From assembly GCA_977030845.1 (NCBI GenBank), contig OZ365113.1, forward strand, positions 32,612,001 to 32,676,000: DNA of 64,000 nucleotides, written 5' to 3'. The stretch is from Fimbriosthenelais zetlandica (lineage: Eukaryota). The notes below the pieces were generated by a model. That model was given only the letters and a program-made list of their open reading frames with translations, was not told the origin of the DNA and searched no databases. The position numbers and the translations under genes were made by a program. Shown one piece after another: positions 35,274 to 50,580 of this stretch (within the stretch, counting starts at the first letter, position 1; the number at the start of each line of letters is the position of its first letter).

Positions 35274-37699
35274 GAGCCTTAATAAGGTTATCGCTAGGCT
35301 TCCCTGCTAAAAACTACTGACTAAGGGCTTTCTTCATTGGATTGTATTTTACAAGGCTAAATGCGAACTGGTTCAGTATGGATCCCCACTTAGATTTGAT
35401 CTCACTAACCTGATTTTTTATGGCACTTATTTATGTCTTGCTGAAGTCAGGCAATTCTAAAATAGTCTCCCTTTATTTAAATGACATGATAACATCGCAT
35501 GCATGCCACCCGCTATGAAATGTTTAAAGAAGGTGGGTGGAATTCAATTTACCCAAAAGTGGCCATTGAAAAGGAGAAACATTTTCCACCATATCTGTGT
35601 GGATTAAAATTACAGCTATTTTCACTGCTTTTATACGCAATGACATTCATTCTGTGACTAAGCTCAATTGAAGCAGTTGTAATTCACTTGACGAAAAGAT
35701 GAGACCATATATATTTTGTCTCACTTTTGATTAGGTACCGATAAGCCCCCTTTCACTCAGAGACACTCCATCTAAGCATTCGCGAGTGTGCAACATAGGG
35801 TTTAGCAATGTCCCGAGAGCCCACTGTATTTTTCGAGAAGCAATCTATAAAATCACCACCTTTTAGAAAGAAAGATTGCCAGAAGCCTTTCGCCAGTGAA
35901 TGGGTGCATCATGAATCGCTTTGCCTCCTTATGCTCTTCCCAGTCTCTGTTACAATGGAACCCATCCCAGATCAGCCTCCAAACACATCTGTAAAAAGGG
36001 AGACAGTCATTCAAATATAAATTGCTTTGCGGCATGGAGGACGGGCTTGCTGGAAGAAGTTTGTAGTTGGGTGAGAAGTGGCCATATGGAGTGAATCTTG
36101 AGGCTGATGGTAGTATACACAGAGCTAAAGTAGAGGAGTGTCGTAAATGACTTCCTTGTGGCTAGGCATTCTATGTATGAAATAATTCATATCCCTTGTT
36201 GCCTTCATAGTATAATGCCCCCTTTCCTGTCTAGATTGCGCCCTTCCCTACTTGGAAGGGGCCGTTGAACAAAGCAAGGTGGGCAGGAACCTCTCCACAA
36301 CCTGTCCCTTGGAATTTAGGTGGCCTGTGCAGAGGTAGGCTAAGGTTGCAGGCATAAAATTTCGATTTGCCTGAAAAAAGAAGCCCCCTTGGTTGGTGAT
36401 TCACAAAAAACTTTTGGCGAACTATCTCTCACTTACGTTTCCCTTTTACTATAAGTTGGACTGATTGACAATGAAAATCGGGAGAATTAGCGAGAATTAT
36501 GTACTTTGGTACACATCGTCTGTATGGGGAACATGGTCACGCAACAAGTAGCTGGCATTATGGACTCGAGTTGAATCGTGTCTTCCCTGGAAGTGTCTTT
36601 TTCCTGTTGCAGTCTCATGTGAGAATGGGATCTGTTATGGATGACAATGCTCATAGAAGAAGGTTATAAATCAGCCAGTCGTGAAGAATACTTGGTAGTT
36701 TGGAGCATATTCATTGCAAGTGTCACCACACTGGGTCTGGGGTGCTGCCAAAGTGTGCATCTATTGGGAGCTCCCCATCTCTCTCAACATCCCTCATTTA
36801 AGACCGTAGGGCAGGGAAGGCGCTGCTCGTATATTAGAGCACAGCTTGGGCTTCTCCGGACCCCTTTATTGCGCCAGCCGGTGGGGCCCTTCCCATAACA
36901 CATCACTTACCATCAGGAGGGGCGTTGGACTGCTAAGACCCTGGAGTGTGTCTGGAATAGGCTGCTGGAGCCCTGATATAAAGACCAGTGGGGCCATGTT
37001 GACAGCCATTGAACACCCTCTGGTGCTACTGATGAACCTCGCATGTTTCTAACGACCTGTGATCGGAGACAGGCCGGGCACGTGTGCTCGTAGGACAGAG
37101 GAGACTGAGTGAAAGAGAGCTGTGGGGGGAATTAGAGGACTGGATATTCAATTCCTTCATCAGAGCCGAGGCGTATTGTAAGCTATAGCTGGAGACTTCT
37201 CAATATGCCCACGCACTGCTATAGGGGCCCGGGTGGTGGTCGCCAGGGAATATGTCTCTATGGAGGATGGGAGTTAAGAATAACCATTCCACATAATTGG
37301 GAAATCCTTGATATAGTAATATTTCTGGGAACTGAAATAGATATCTATGAGATAAAGAGATGAACCTACTCTTAAGTCTGAATTCAGTCTACCTGATGAT
37401 ACTGCAACTAATGCCCAGAAGTACATTCAGACTACTTTTATACTATGACCTAATTTAATCAGGTGAATATAATAAGTTCCAGGTTTAAATCGCCGTTTCC
37501 GTATCCTACTAAGAAAGTCAAACTTGACTTTCCATCTGCTTGATACTTAAAGCGATATCTGGGACTTTTCCGAATTCTACCCCACCCTGACATTAAGGTT
37601 AATTAATCATATAAATGAGATTTGGAATTACAAAGGAATACCCAGAGAAACATTAGGCAGTGGTTCATAAGTCAAATATTCTTTTTATATACTTCTTTT

Positions 37700-38200
37700 G
37701 GTGGCCACTGTTTTGAAGATGCTGTTTCAAATGAAGTTAGAGAAAGTGGGAACCGAAGTTAAAAGGCTTTAATAGTAAAAGTCGCTGTGTTCAATTTCTT
37801 GTCAGAGATACCATCAAGAGACTAAATAAAGGGAATTAATGGATTCCCATAGAATTTTGAAGCAAGCCTTGATAACGGTCATATAGAAGAAGCTAACCAC
37901 ATCTCCAGGGGGGCCTCATCTAATTTAGCTACCTAATAAATCTAGGATCCAATCCAGGCGTGTCGATTTACTATGCATTCCACTTAACATTTCCTTTGCC
38001 AACATGTAAATCACAGGAAATAGTTTTCCACTGGTGTAAGTCTGGGAACAATGAAGACTGTTATCTTTCTTTTATATCCAGCAATATGTTTTGGTTGATG
38101 GTAATTTTATATTTTGACCTGCTCGGACAGCCATTCTTTGCTAGACTCATTTGGCTAATACTAAGAGACAGACAGTCTGATTTCTAGCCTTGTGAGGTCT
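37700..38200 (-). mobile_element. Decayed LINE RT N-terminal fragment (CR1/L2-like)
   Basis: NQTVCLLVLAK (NYRPISLL..K), DVVSFFYMTVIKA (DxxxLDFxKAFD) and GISDKKLN (GIxGxxLxW) occur in the expected order. Confidence 0.3.
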
Positions 38201-38779
38201 TTACACTCATCCCACCTTTGGAATTGGCCCTCGGGGCTCTCGTATTTTGGCAGGACTGAAGAATGTACCTCTGAAAGCAGTATAATGGGCAGTTGATTTG
38301 AGATGCAAAAGCTGAGGGACATTCCTAGCATTCCTGGAATTTCCTGGATTTCTCGGATTATACTCTACCTATGTCAGCACATTTACAGTCAGTCCCTGGT
38401 TCAAGCATTCTCCGCCAAAAGAATTTATTTTAAGTCATGACAACTATAGAGAGGTACAACAATTACATGGGTGCTGTGAAGTCCAGTCAAGAGCAATCCC
38501 CAATTTAACATGAGAGAATAAAACCCCTCAATGTGGTCCTGGGGAAGTGTTTAGTAAAAATCAGCCTCTCCGGGACTAAGTTTTTGCTAATCATCTTTCT
38601 GATTTATCTGTGTAATCGAGTTGTCTCTGCAAGCCAGAAGACGAGGGTCTCTTATAGTCGTCCTTCATACATCATTTCCCTGAGGTCTATAATACTCGTC
38701 ACAGAGCAGCCGTTTGGACATGTGCCCAGCGGAGATCCTCTCTGTAAGGACCCTTTGAAGGTTTAACCTGGCAACATGC

Positions 38780-39300
38780 CATTTGCTGGGCTCGTCTCTG
38801 TCTAGGGTGGAACGAGATGCCCCTCACTGGTATGATGGATGCTTGTCAGCGTCCCCAGTCTAGGAATGGGTGGGTGGGTAATGGGGGTGAAGATGTGGCT
38901 GTACGGGGACAGGTGGTGTCGGTGCATGCCATGACTCTGGTGTATTGGAGGTTCTCGGGCATGTGGTGCGTACGTCCTTGTAGCATTTTTGTACATAATC
39001 AAATTGTGTTTGGTTCCTGATGTCTTCTCAATGGAGTATCCTTGGTCTTTTTATAGTTTTTTTGTGCAGATTTTGAATGGTCAGGTATAGGTGGTCATAG
39101 TCGGGTGATGGTGTGGGGCACTGATCTCTAGATTTCCCCTCATTGTGGGTGGCATATGATGAGGTGGGTGCATGCTGGTGGATCATGGTCTTGAGGTGGG
39201 GCTGCATGAGAGCCAGACCCATAGTGCAGAGGCCATATAGTCAGGATATGGCACTGGCCAAGCCGCCACTGTCCGAACACTGGCCAAGCAATCCCCACTT
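38780..39300 (-). mobile_element. Decayed CR1/L2-like LINE ORF2 C-terminal fragment
   Basis: MQPHLKT (VRPHLEY) followed by SIEKT...LIMYKNA (TLExRR...LxMxYKI) and YAP. Confidence 0.45.
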
Positions 39301-42300
39301 GATGTATGATGTCGGTAGAGCGTCAACATTTCCCTTAAACACTGAACCACTGCATAATCAATTCCGGTTTAGGTTTGAGCTTCAGCAGGTGTTTTCTTGG
39401 GCGTTGGCTCTGGCAGGTTGGTCAAACTGGTATATGCACTACCAGTGGCCGGGGATGCCCTCATGTATTATCATATGTGAGGAACAGTCCGTCGTGTAGC
39501 ATTCGGGCAGCTGTCATTGTTACATTATGGCTTTCCCACACAAATTCTATGTCAGAGAAGCCTGTTGCTGATGCTAATTGTATGGCGAGTTTCAATAACT
39601 TCAGCAGAAGATACGCTGATTTGCCCAACCTTTCATGCCATTCTATGAATTGACAAAGCCAAAGCAAATATGAAATGTTTAACATATATAGAATAATTAA
39701 CAAGTGCGCAAGATAATGCATATGCATTCATTACCTGGCTACATTCAATAATTGGTGTTTTTAACCTGACTCTAAGTGATATAATGAGATGATTAGACTA
39801 GCCCCCTTTATATCCCTCTGTATACGGCTTTCATTGACATCTCATGCATAAACCATTTAGAGCAGCACACATAACTCACGGCCATTGGTGGCACCGTCCC
39901 CTCGATTCTCCATTTTGCAGGAGAACATTTTATTTGCATTCGGATCAGGCTGCAACAATTGAACATAACGTATTTCCTCCAACTCCAATATGTATCTGTC
40001 TGCGAGGGACAAAGGTCATATTATGCACCAGTTCCGACTGAAATATCATGGCCTGTCTGGGCGTAATCTGAGCCCACTTATTCAAACATTATGACGTTGG
40101 AAGGAGCTGCCTATCGGGAACGCCCACTCTCCAATGCCTTATGTCAATAAGGGAGCATCTGAGCAATAATTCAGAAGGCCCAAGGCTGTAGGACACAGGC
40201 AAGGCAAATAGTACAAAGTAAATCTCTACAGCCTTTTGCCCATTCACTTATATGCTAGCACACATTCACTCTGCTCCAGAGGTCTCAATGCTTAACTCTA
40301 TGATGCTAGAGCTGGTCATTTTTGTTTTGCCACGTGGGCAAGGTCAAGAACATGTAGATACATGAAAGCAACCATGGTGGCCTAAACACCCCTCCATCCC
40401 AAAACAGAAGTTTTTGTCCTATACTTTTTCAAACATCACATTTATGGGACATCAAGTTAATGGACCTATTGCTCTTTGGTAGATAATAATTATGTTGGAG
40501 TGTTCAGCGAAATACAGATTGTTGAACCAGAAATGCTGATTTGAAAATGACAATATCATAGGCAGACCTAAAACAAGGTCAATCCAGTGTTTAGAACTGT
40601 CCATTTCTGTTGGGTTTTTGTATTGGGATATTGATATGTTCACCAATATATATAAGGCCCTGGCACAAAATAGATGCCAACATGGGAAAGTACATGTACC
40701 CCTTTACTGCCTCCCAGCCCAGTCAATCGAATATGTTCCCATGGCTTCAGTAGTCAACAACCAGCCAGGACAGCCACTATATTCCCTGTACACATCCTGT
40801 CAATGAGGCCGATCACTGACTTCTTCCCAGAGAGAAAGCCTGTCAGACAGACTGTCTTGATATTCGATAGCTGTCTCTAAAAGCATGTACATATTGGGAG
40901 ATGGGCGCGGGGGAACCATGCACAAGATGGTTCCCTAACTGTACACAAGAAAATGACATCTTTTCTTTCTTGCGGCTTCAAAGTATATATACATTCAATG
41001 TCTGTGGCTTCTCTTGGCGATGGCTCTTGGGCTCATTTAGGAAAATGAGACATAGGCAGTCAAGAGAGGACATGAGAGAGGATAGAAACCGTGGGTGGGA
41101 GGAAGAGATGAGAGTATTTGAAAGAAGGAGATGGTGGGTGGGGAAAAGGACTGTCCCAAGATTGCTTTGGCATTCTTAGCAGAACTCAAGATACTCACAT
41201 GATGAATATATACAAATTCCCAGGCTGCGTCTGTGCTAAACCGAGGGAGCGGATGAGCTCTGATGGCGGGAGTGATCGTGGGACATGCCCCTCCCTGGCT
41301 TGCACCATACCAGTCCCAGCTTTTTTTTAACCACCCATCTCAGCTTCTCTATGAATATGGGAGCGTTAATGAATTGGATTGAGCCCTTTTTTGGAATAAA
41401 GTTATATCAAATTAAACAGGCTGTGGGTGAGAATGTGAATATTAATGGGATGCCTGAAATGATCTATCACACCTTGTGGGATAGACATGACGTGTAGCTG
41501 ATTAGGTTATAGCGAGTGAAGAGAAGCGATTTGTCGAGTATATATGATAAAGCATCATATACAGGCCTACAGGGTCAATGATCACACCATGGACGTCTAC
41601 AGAGACAATACTCTAATTATTTGTCAGTTGATTGATCCACAGAGGGCAAAGAATGATATTAGTGCAATTAATGTGAATTAAATGGAATGTATGCTTAGCG
41701 CTTAACTATGATGTCCTCTAATAAGTACATGGTCCATCTGAAATTGACAGATGTTGTTTCCTGTATGATATGTTGTACTTTTCTCCGTTTAGTTAATAGG
41801 AAGCTTCTCTTGATTTTACATTTGTTTTGACGTGATTCCTGCCAGTGGCGCCGTAGATTAGAGTTCTCATGGACAGCTCTTTAAAAAATAAAGCCCTCTT
41901 TAAAGGGACTTTGTGCCTGGTTTTACTATAAGTACGATAATTAAGTGTATCAATTTAGTCTAATCACTTCTCACAGAATACCCACTCACGTATCAACACG
42001 CTATGGAGCCAATACGTCACTAGATTTCAAAAAATCTCTTAGCGTCATATGTGTGTATTTTAGCAACTTAAAAAAGCCCGGCCTTCTTTGGTGGGATAAA
42101 AACAATAGTAAAAACCCTCCACTTGCTGAAAAGCTTGCAGAGGCGAGTCTGATAAGCAGAACTGCACGGCTGACTTAGCTTGGCTGGTTCTTTACCAAGA
42201 TCCAACGGATGTCTGGAGAAGAATGAAGAGTCGTGGGCCTTATCAGTAACACACAACTCTGTCCTCCCTTCCTCTTCAGACTTTCACTTATATATTTTCC

Positions 42301-42879
42301 ACGTTGCCAGTTTGAACGGCGATTGGTGCTTTTATAATTGCCGCTGTAAACTTTGCAACGAATGAAAAGAAGAAAGACACGCAGGAAGAATCAACAGTTG
42401 GTGTTGACAGTGAGACAAAGGATTAATTGTTCTGTGGATGCGGATGAATAGTATATAAGCACCGAGTCATGGATCTGCATACTCGGTAAATGAATTAATA
42501 GATTGACGGAACATGTACTTCCCTTATGATGCCTGCTTGGCTTTTTATTGTATTTTTCTTTGATGTGTGTCTCTCTCTCCATCGGCCGACAATTTTGCAC
42601 GAACATGAACTTAATCAAGAGCGATTTTCAAGGCAAAAAGCATTTACAGACAATGGCATGAATTGTAGGAACATATTGAGAGAGCTGACAAACACATGGA
42701 TGTTGTCATGTCAGGAGTGTGACGAGACATTCATTCATTGTTCACCTACCCACATAGACATTCTGCTGTGGAAACTTTATCTTGTTTCTCCCCACTCTAC
42801 CCCAGTCTCTCTTATCATGGTCAGTCAGCTGCAATAAATTGTCTTTAACTCATTCAAATCGAGTGGAAGAGCAATAGGA

Positions 42880-43720
42880 AAAAGTCTTTTTAGTATTCAT
42901 ACTGATCCAAGCTGGACACGGCATCTTCAAATTAAAGTGGACTAAAATAAAACAAAAGATATTGATGTTGAGTCCATGTTATCCAACACATAATGGCACT
43001 GTTATGGCAGGGGATTTATTAGTAGTTGTCATTATGACACCAGGAAAACAATTTGAGAGTAAGACAAGTAGGCTAATGCCGTGCAGAATCCATTCTGTAC
43101 TCGAGTTTTGGAGTACCTATATGCAGGTCATTCTGCATAATCTTGGTCAATTTTGTAATGGACAAGACCCCATGAATTCCCTTCAAGTATCCCTAAATAT
43201 GTATATAGACGCGAGCTGGCATATCCCTTTTCGCCTCCATGGTCTATAGTAAAATGAGCTACTTGTGAATTAGATTGAGCTGCTCTCATGCACAGGGCTT
43301 TCCTTTCTAATATTAGCTTTGAGTTGCTCATTTCACAGACCCTGGGCCCAATACCCCTTTCTACACTACTACCTAGAACCACTATTGGTAAGGGTTAGTT
43401 TTACCAACCTTTGTCAGTTCTAATTGAGTGCATTTGATTGAAACTTTAGAACCAACGGCTATGAACTTTTTATTCTTGCTTTTCGTGGTCTGTAGATTGA
43501 ACTTATCAAAGGCATCCTCTCATTGAGAGAAATAATGGACCGGGCCATTTCTAAAGCCAGGAACATCTGGTTAACTGCATTGCAAGGAATGTGACAATTT
43601 CTGCCTAATTTCGGGTTCGAAAGAAGCAAGAATCCCCAGAGAACTGAACATAAAGATAAAACCTACAGCATTTACCACCAAGGCTTAAAGAGTCTATCCC
43701 GCTTAATCTCTCAATTTAAC
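42880..43720 (-). mobile_element. Decayed R4/Dong/Rex6-like non-LTR retrotransposon RT fragment
   Basis: YTYLGILEG...KIDQDY (YKYLGILE...KEY), followed by AIMCWITWTQ (GIIxWT). A possible IKR..DSLSP remnant lies at ~43.7 kb. Confidence 0.4.
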
Positions 43721-46700
43721 CAGAATTATCACGAGAACCTGCAGGTCCCTTTTAGGTCTGAGGAAGTCATTACATTTTACCAAGCACCCGCCAGTGCAGT
43801 AAAAAGGGAGCCAGGGAGAGTGAGATTGGTGAGGGAATTGGGAAGAGAGACTATTTCACAGTGACTGGCATTAGTAAAATAGTCACTAGCCGTGTAGGCC
43901 GTGGCCAGGGGAGGTAGCTCAGGTTGATAAGGGGGCCAATGACCCAGAATGGCAAAGGCAAATCAGCGCAGACATTCGAGTTAGCAAAGAAATCGGAACA
44001 TGTGAATGGATTATCTGAGGAAGCCTGGGAATAGGGTTGGTGGTAGTTAGAGCTGCTCACGCTACATATGAAGGACAATAGAGATGGAGCAACATCTAAA
44101 GAAGCTCTACTCACCATTTTGTCCTATACAATGGCACCAATATACTGGCAGTCATATAAAGCTATTGACAATGATTCTTCTGTATGGTAATGCTGAACGA
44201 AAGCAATAGTGATCGATTGCATTTAGATGTTGCGGAGGGACAGCTTATATAAGTGCATTGTACTGCCAAGAGTTAAATAGCAAAGCAGTTACTAACAGCA
44301 TTATATGGTGTGGAATGTGCCGGTATTTCATTCCAAAAATACAGTACTTAACTCATGGAAAGATGTGGGTTCCTGACTCATTATGTTTATGGATGCCATT
44401 GCCAGTATCAAGGCTTTGTTTTGATTTCTATTGGCGTTAATTGTTCACCTAGTGTTACTGACTAGTTAACCCAGGGTCTATTGATCCTGTCTACCAGCTG
44501 GGGGCATGGGCCCGGCCATGGCCCAGCTCCTCTGGGGACAGCTATATTTGGCTAGGTTAGTCTCATGCGCTTTTGAAATCAATTTATCGGCCATAATTAA
44601 GGGTTCATGCCGCCAAGCCGAGGCCCCTTTGATCCCTCACATTGACAAATTATCGGCGCATCCCACCCTGATCCAGGAGTGGGCCCCCACTGCCATTCAG
44701 CACTACTCAATGGTGAAAATCCGGCCAGGCCTACAGAGGTATGGCAAGTCTTCCAGGCGGGATGGCATTATTCCCCATGGAACCAGACGACTCTCCAGCC
44801 GTATTAATAAAGGCCTTTCTTAATATCACCAATCCTCCTGATGTTCAGATATTTTCACAGACTCCTCCTAATACACCAGGATGAAGCATCCTGTTCCTTC
44901 GTTCTTTTCTTGGTAGGAACAGCACGAGAAGGAGAAATGTTGGTTGAGGTACAGAAGGCACAAGGAGAGTGCATGAGAAGGACAAAAGATGCAGTTTAAG
45001 AGACTTGGTTGAAGCGGATCGAGGTGCATGCAAGACGGGAGATAGTTAGGAAAAAGGGGAGGAAGAGAAGAGTGAAGAAATGGAGCAGGGTTGTGTAGGA
45101 GACCAAGAAGGGCACGGCACAATGTCATCACATTAAGTTGATAAGAGCCGTGAATGGAATGTGTTGTAGGTGCTTTGTTTAGGTGGATTAGCATGTCGGT
45201 ATGTTGGTTGACTGATCGCGCTAGGAGACTTAAGGAATTCCAGCCATTAATTCACAGGCGCTAATAAATAAGGTCCCAATCCTCGCTATTACCCGAGGCA
45301 GGGAGGATTCTTTATGCTATATAACGTCCTGAAAGGCAAATTAATTGCAGAAGCTTTCACGGGTGTGATATATGTATGAGGTACAAATTTTGACCCTCGT
45401 CCTTTAGAATCAGAGGGAATTACGCAGTGCATTCTACTGATTTGCTTCTAATGGACAAATATTTTGCTGCAAATGCTAGACACGTACAAGAATTATCTAA
45501 GAAGAGTTGGGCGTTTGAGTCAATTACATTATACTTATAGTATTTGAAATCACCTTTTCGTCTGAGTTAGTTTAAGCACATTATTTCTATTATGGCTCGG
45601 GTAAACTGAATGTGCATTATGACATTTCACAATTATTATGAAGTAGAGATTCAAGCACTTTTCAAGTTTAAATGTGCATGTATATATATATATTATAAAT
45701 TTCGGCTCATTAAGCTACCATTCCAATTATGTAAGTGTGGCGAAGCTAAGCCTATAAGATGGAGTTGAAATGAGCCATGTTATAATGAACCTATTATATA
45801 TCATGGTATAAGCATTAGTGATTACATGCACGCCGAAAGAGAAAGAATACTCTTTACAAAAAAGTCCTCGTTATGATGGATGGATGGCCTGGGGGACAGA
45901 AGAACAAAATGTTCCCATCCAAAATTACCTATTACCTAGATGTGCTGAACCCATAAAACATATGATGCATGTGTAGCCGACTGCGCGCCAATAATGGCGC
46001 CAATAACGAAGGTCTGAGTAATTGAGCCATACAATCCATCGCAAAAACAAGGAAAAAGCAAGGAGTTTTTCAAGCATTGGTTTTAACCATGTTGTTCCTT
46101 TTCAGAATCCAATCTTTGATGTTCTATACGAAAGCTTGCTGTGCACTTTGAACTCAGCAAATAAAAGGGGACAGACTAATGCATGGTCCTGCATGCACGA
46201 AAAAGAAAGGTTACTGTCCTTGCTGCGAGGCATACACAGTATTGGAGACAAAATGTTTTCTTTAGTCCTCCTCGCAGAAGAGCCTTATTTTTAGTCCCAC
46301 ATACACAATAACTATACAAAATTTTGGATATTAGAGAAGAGCCCTTCAAGGGGATATGTGTAGAAATTTCATTTGGATGAGGAACATAATGATAAAAGCT
46401 TTGAGAATGGGAATGAAATTAGGCTTAATTGAAAGCTTTTTCCACTTGTTTCAGTTATATCATGACGGTGCCTACTTGTGACAGTGAGCCCTGTGATCTT
46501 TTATAGTGCATGCCTCACTGAGGTATCATGTCGCAGGCACATGACTTATGATACCCCTCCCATGCAGTCACATCCTGACACCAGGCCGACCAGCCCTGGC
46601 ACTGTCCTCTACTGAGTCCCAAGCGTGGAGGCCACTAGTACCAGGGACACGGTAGTGGTGTGCATGAGATTGTATACATATATATACACACAGGATAATA

Positions 46701-47736
46701 TCTTGTGTGCTAAGATGACAACAAGGTAACAAGCTGAATATAGATATATTATGAAGTGTATGGGGCCTTATGTTGTCAGAGATTTCTAGCTGTCCATGTT
46801 AAGGCCCTCTAGTCAGCCAGTCTCATTATGAACAAGGACCCCAGGAGGACAAGCGTAGACAGACAACACAGAAGAAATAGATTTGATGTCGAGCATCATC
46901 TCATACTGCCCTCCTCTCATACATTTATAAGATGGCCTGGTGCAGTGCATTAATGCTAATGTACTTACATTAATTTTAATAGTGTTTTATTATGAGATGC
47001 ATTAATTCACTTTCCCTGTCGCAGCTAGATCATTGTTCCCGCATAGAGGAAATACGCTCTTTATAATTTCATAGAGAGGATCGTATTCAGGCCAATAACA
47101 CATTCATGTATGACAAAATGCCATATTACCAAGTGGGCGCATTTTCCTCACCTTGATGGGCTGCTGATTATTCAGTGCAATGGATTCTGACTACTGTCCT
47201 GCCTCGTGGGATCGCAGGCGTTTACGACCTTACCGATGTGGGGGAACTTTATGATCTTATATCGCTCCTCTGCTAAGGCATCGGGGAGGCTTATCACCTA
47301 AGACATAGACAGATGTGTCTCTGCATATATTCCTTGTGTTTTATGGTGGATCGTTGGCTGAATGCTTAAGCGGGCCTTTGGACATTAGCTTGGGAATGGT
47401 GTGAAGGGGAAATTGCCTTGGCACATGCTCTCCGGGTGGACTTCTGGTGGCATGGCACAGACCCCTGGGTTGGAGGCGGAAGGCCTGACTGTGATGGATA
47501 ACATGTTAAATAATGGTTGGAAGACGCAGGCGGAATAAAGGCATACTGGCTTATATGCATGTCATTAGCCTCCAGTGTCACTTGTGTGTATAGGTTGGGA
47601 TATTAGTTAGATCTATACGTGTAAAGATTCAAAGACCTTATACATTACATGAATAATGTACTGTGGTTGTATCGTCTACACTGCAGCAATGTAAAATTGT
47701 TAGAAACTGCCCATTCATGACTGCCTGTGTAAATGG

Positions 47737-47827
47737 TAATACATTATTGGCTCTCCCACGAAATACCAAGACATAAGATATGATAATACATTGAGTCTCC
47801 CACGAAATACCAAGACATAAGATATGA
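47737..47827. repeat. Tandem duplication with a 31-bp identical core (period 44)
   Basis: CTCCCACGAAATACCAAGACATAAGATATGA at 47753-47783 and 47797-47827, each preceded by TAATACATT. Confidence 0.9.
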
Positions 47828-50049
47828 AAGGATATCATCTCGCATAAGTGCAATAGTTGTTTTAAAGAAATATGATACAAATTGTTATGATGTATCACGA
47901 GAGTCCGGGACATCCTACACACGTATACATGGCCAACTCTGATTAAATAATCTAACATCCGGCTTTTTCTACTTTAAAGTGATTCCTTGTTCAAATTTCA
48001 GAATGTAATAAGAAGGTGATCATTTAATATAATGGGTGGCTTCATCATGCACATCGGCTACCTTAGTTATATACTGAATTTCTCTTTCAAATGATGTGAA
48101 GTTCATAGCAATCCATATATGGACATAAAACTGGGATATATTAAGTAACACGAGACAGCTGCTAGAAAGTAGGAAGTAATCTGCTTATGAAAAAGAATTT
48201 CATCATAAGCTTTCAATTGCCGAGTCCAATAAAGACCAGATATATATATTGTCAATTTAGAATTTTGACCTTGCTGCAATACATTTTTGGATTGGTCTAA
48301 CAGAATCACTCCTCGGGGGCTAATATAAAAAATGAAAGTCAATATTTCATTTTATAACTATTAGATTGTCGAAGCATCGATAGTGAATGGAGTGAACAAA
48401 GAGAAGATACAATCATGAAATTAATTTGTCACTCTGAAAATTAGAATATTCACTGACTTCCGACTCATCGATTAAACGTAAACGAGTGCTAATATTAACT
48501 GCCACGGAGATATTTTTGCCACTAATATAAATGCTAATAGGGTTATCAGTCGCGCTCCATGCATTCAGTAGATGTAATTTTCAGCCAGGACAATTTTTTC
48601 AAATCAGTCCTGTGACTTCCAAATATCTCTTGTTTCTCTCGATTATGGCGGATGAGCTAATTTGCTAACTCTATCACCCACCAATGAATTAGATGATAGA
48701 GTGCTAGTACGGTGATGAATTACTCTGTTTTATCATGAGTGATTCTCAGAATTTCTCACTATGGTTCACTTGGGTTGGTTTAGCATCCCTATGAGCAATA
48801 GAGCATGAATTATACTGATTGATAGGTTCCCAGTTTTTGCCTGGAAGGCATATAGGTGCAAGTGAGTGTATACTCATTGCCATTATTACCTCATTATGCC
48901 ATCAGATCTTGTTTTGATCTGAAATGAATTATCCCCGCAAAGAGCTGGAGATCTTTATGGACTGTATAAAGCTGAACGTTTAGGGGGAGGAGTATTGTCC
49001 GGGATAACTCAGTCAGACCTCTGAGCAATTCTCAAGCTCCTCTCCAGCGAGATGTTAATATTCATGAAGCGTCATTATTTTTCATTATTGTACATGAGAG
49101 ATAATGGATGCATGAATCAAATATGGCCTCTAGCCTTGGGCCTGCATATCCTGCAAAAACCACAAGGGAGGTGGGCTACAGTAGCTTTCATTGAATTACC
49201 TGGAATCTGGCAGCATGGCTCGCAGGCTTGTTCTAAATCTATCAAACCATTCATAAATGATCTAAGCTCTGTTCTGCTTGGCCCCTGGCAGTCGCAGCAT
49301 AGACCTCTTATACCCTCTCGTCCACTATGCATTCATGATTTTTTGGTGATGTATACACATTCAGTTTCGGGCCTTGGGATACCCACAAGAAGTCAAGATG
49401 CGAACCTCATTAACACAGTCCTCTCCACGATTCGACCATCACCTCATTACCATTCATTTCTATCTCAACCGAGTTTTTTTTAATTATAAACCAGTTGAGT
49501 TAATCTTTTGCTGAGAGGCAAATTTACTTGAGTAATGCTGATGAATGGCGTTTTGGGAAATGAGAGTTTACAGCTTATGTCTACTGAATGAGGACTGATT
49601 AAATGAGAGGTTGACCCCCCTGTGATAAATCGACTACAGAGCACTTAAAGTCTCCAAGAAAAGGCAATTACGGCAAGACTAAATACACACCATTCTTCAC
49701 AAACTCGGAGTTGATGTGTTACTTGGAGCTCGAGTTTTCCATTTTCGTGATGAAAATTTTCATTCTATACCCTTTCAAAAAATGTGAATTCGGCAACTCG
49801 AGTCCCGAACCAAAGCTCTGTCAATGCGCAGAACCCAGGAGGATTATCCATATGTAAAGTATCACTTCGTGCTGGATTTGCCGCAATAATGTAACAGATA
49901 TTGTCCCTTTTAAATAACATTGCTGGCTGTTGCCATGGAAAGGGATCAGAGCTTTCCGTGAGTCCATATCCCCGAGGACCACACAGTGTAAGCGATTGAA
50001 AAGGACGGGGTTGAATGGCAAGGCAGCAGCGAAATCACCCATGAGCTAT

Positions 50050-50580
50050 CCATCAAGACTAGAGGTCGCTCTCCCGGCCATCTGTCCGCTGGATTAAGCC
50101 TGGGAGTTGCCTTGGAAGCCTCAGAAAAGTACAGTTACCTCCTGGTCCAGCCCCACCTCCTGGCTTCACCAAAGCTCCACAGGCTTTGCAACTTCTACTC
50201 CACTAGCTCGTGGACATTAATCATATTGATGGTTTTATTTGCATGTCCTTCTCTACACTGTTTTGGGTTCTTCAATTTCAGTCCCCATTCCGCGAGGGGC
50301 TTGTTCTTTACGTATTGTGAGCAGGCTCACCATCAAGTATTTTTTTATCAATATCTTCCCTCTTGTATTGTACCAGTGCATCTTGCCTGCTTTTCGTGGT
50401 TTATTTATCATCAATAACATTGAATGACTTGAGTGTCTCCTGCGATTTTCTATTTGGGCCTGGATTCCTTGACTATCTCAGCAGCTATTCTCCTGCTTCT
50501 TCCCTCTTTATCTTCAGTCCTCCTCTGCTCGAAGTGGAATCTTTCCCCTCTTCATTCTTGACTTTCTCTTTCAAAGCATA
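50050..50580 (-). mobile_element. Possible decayed DIRS-type gag-like remnant
   Basis: Charged, frameshifted minus-strand peptide with RGERFHFEQ resembling the KGNExQFxFN motif recalled from marine-invertebrate DIRS ORF1. Weak similarity only. Confidence 0.2.

Noticed and set aside
40803-40880. MRPITDFF, a PIP-box-like peptide
   Set aside because: Short ORF with no domain context.
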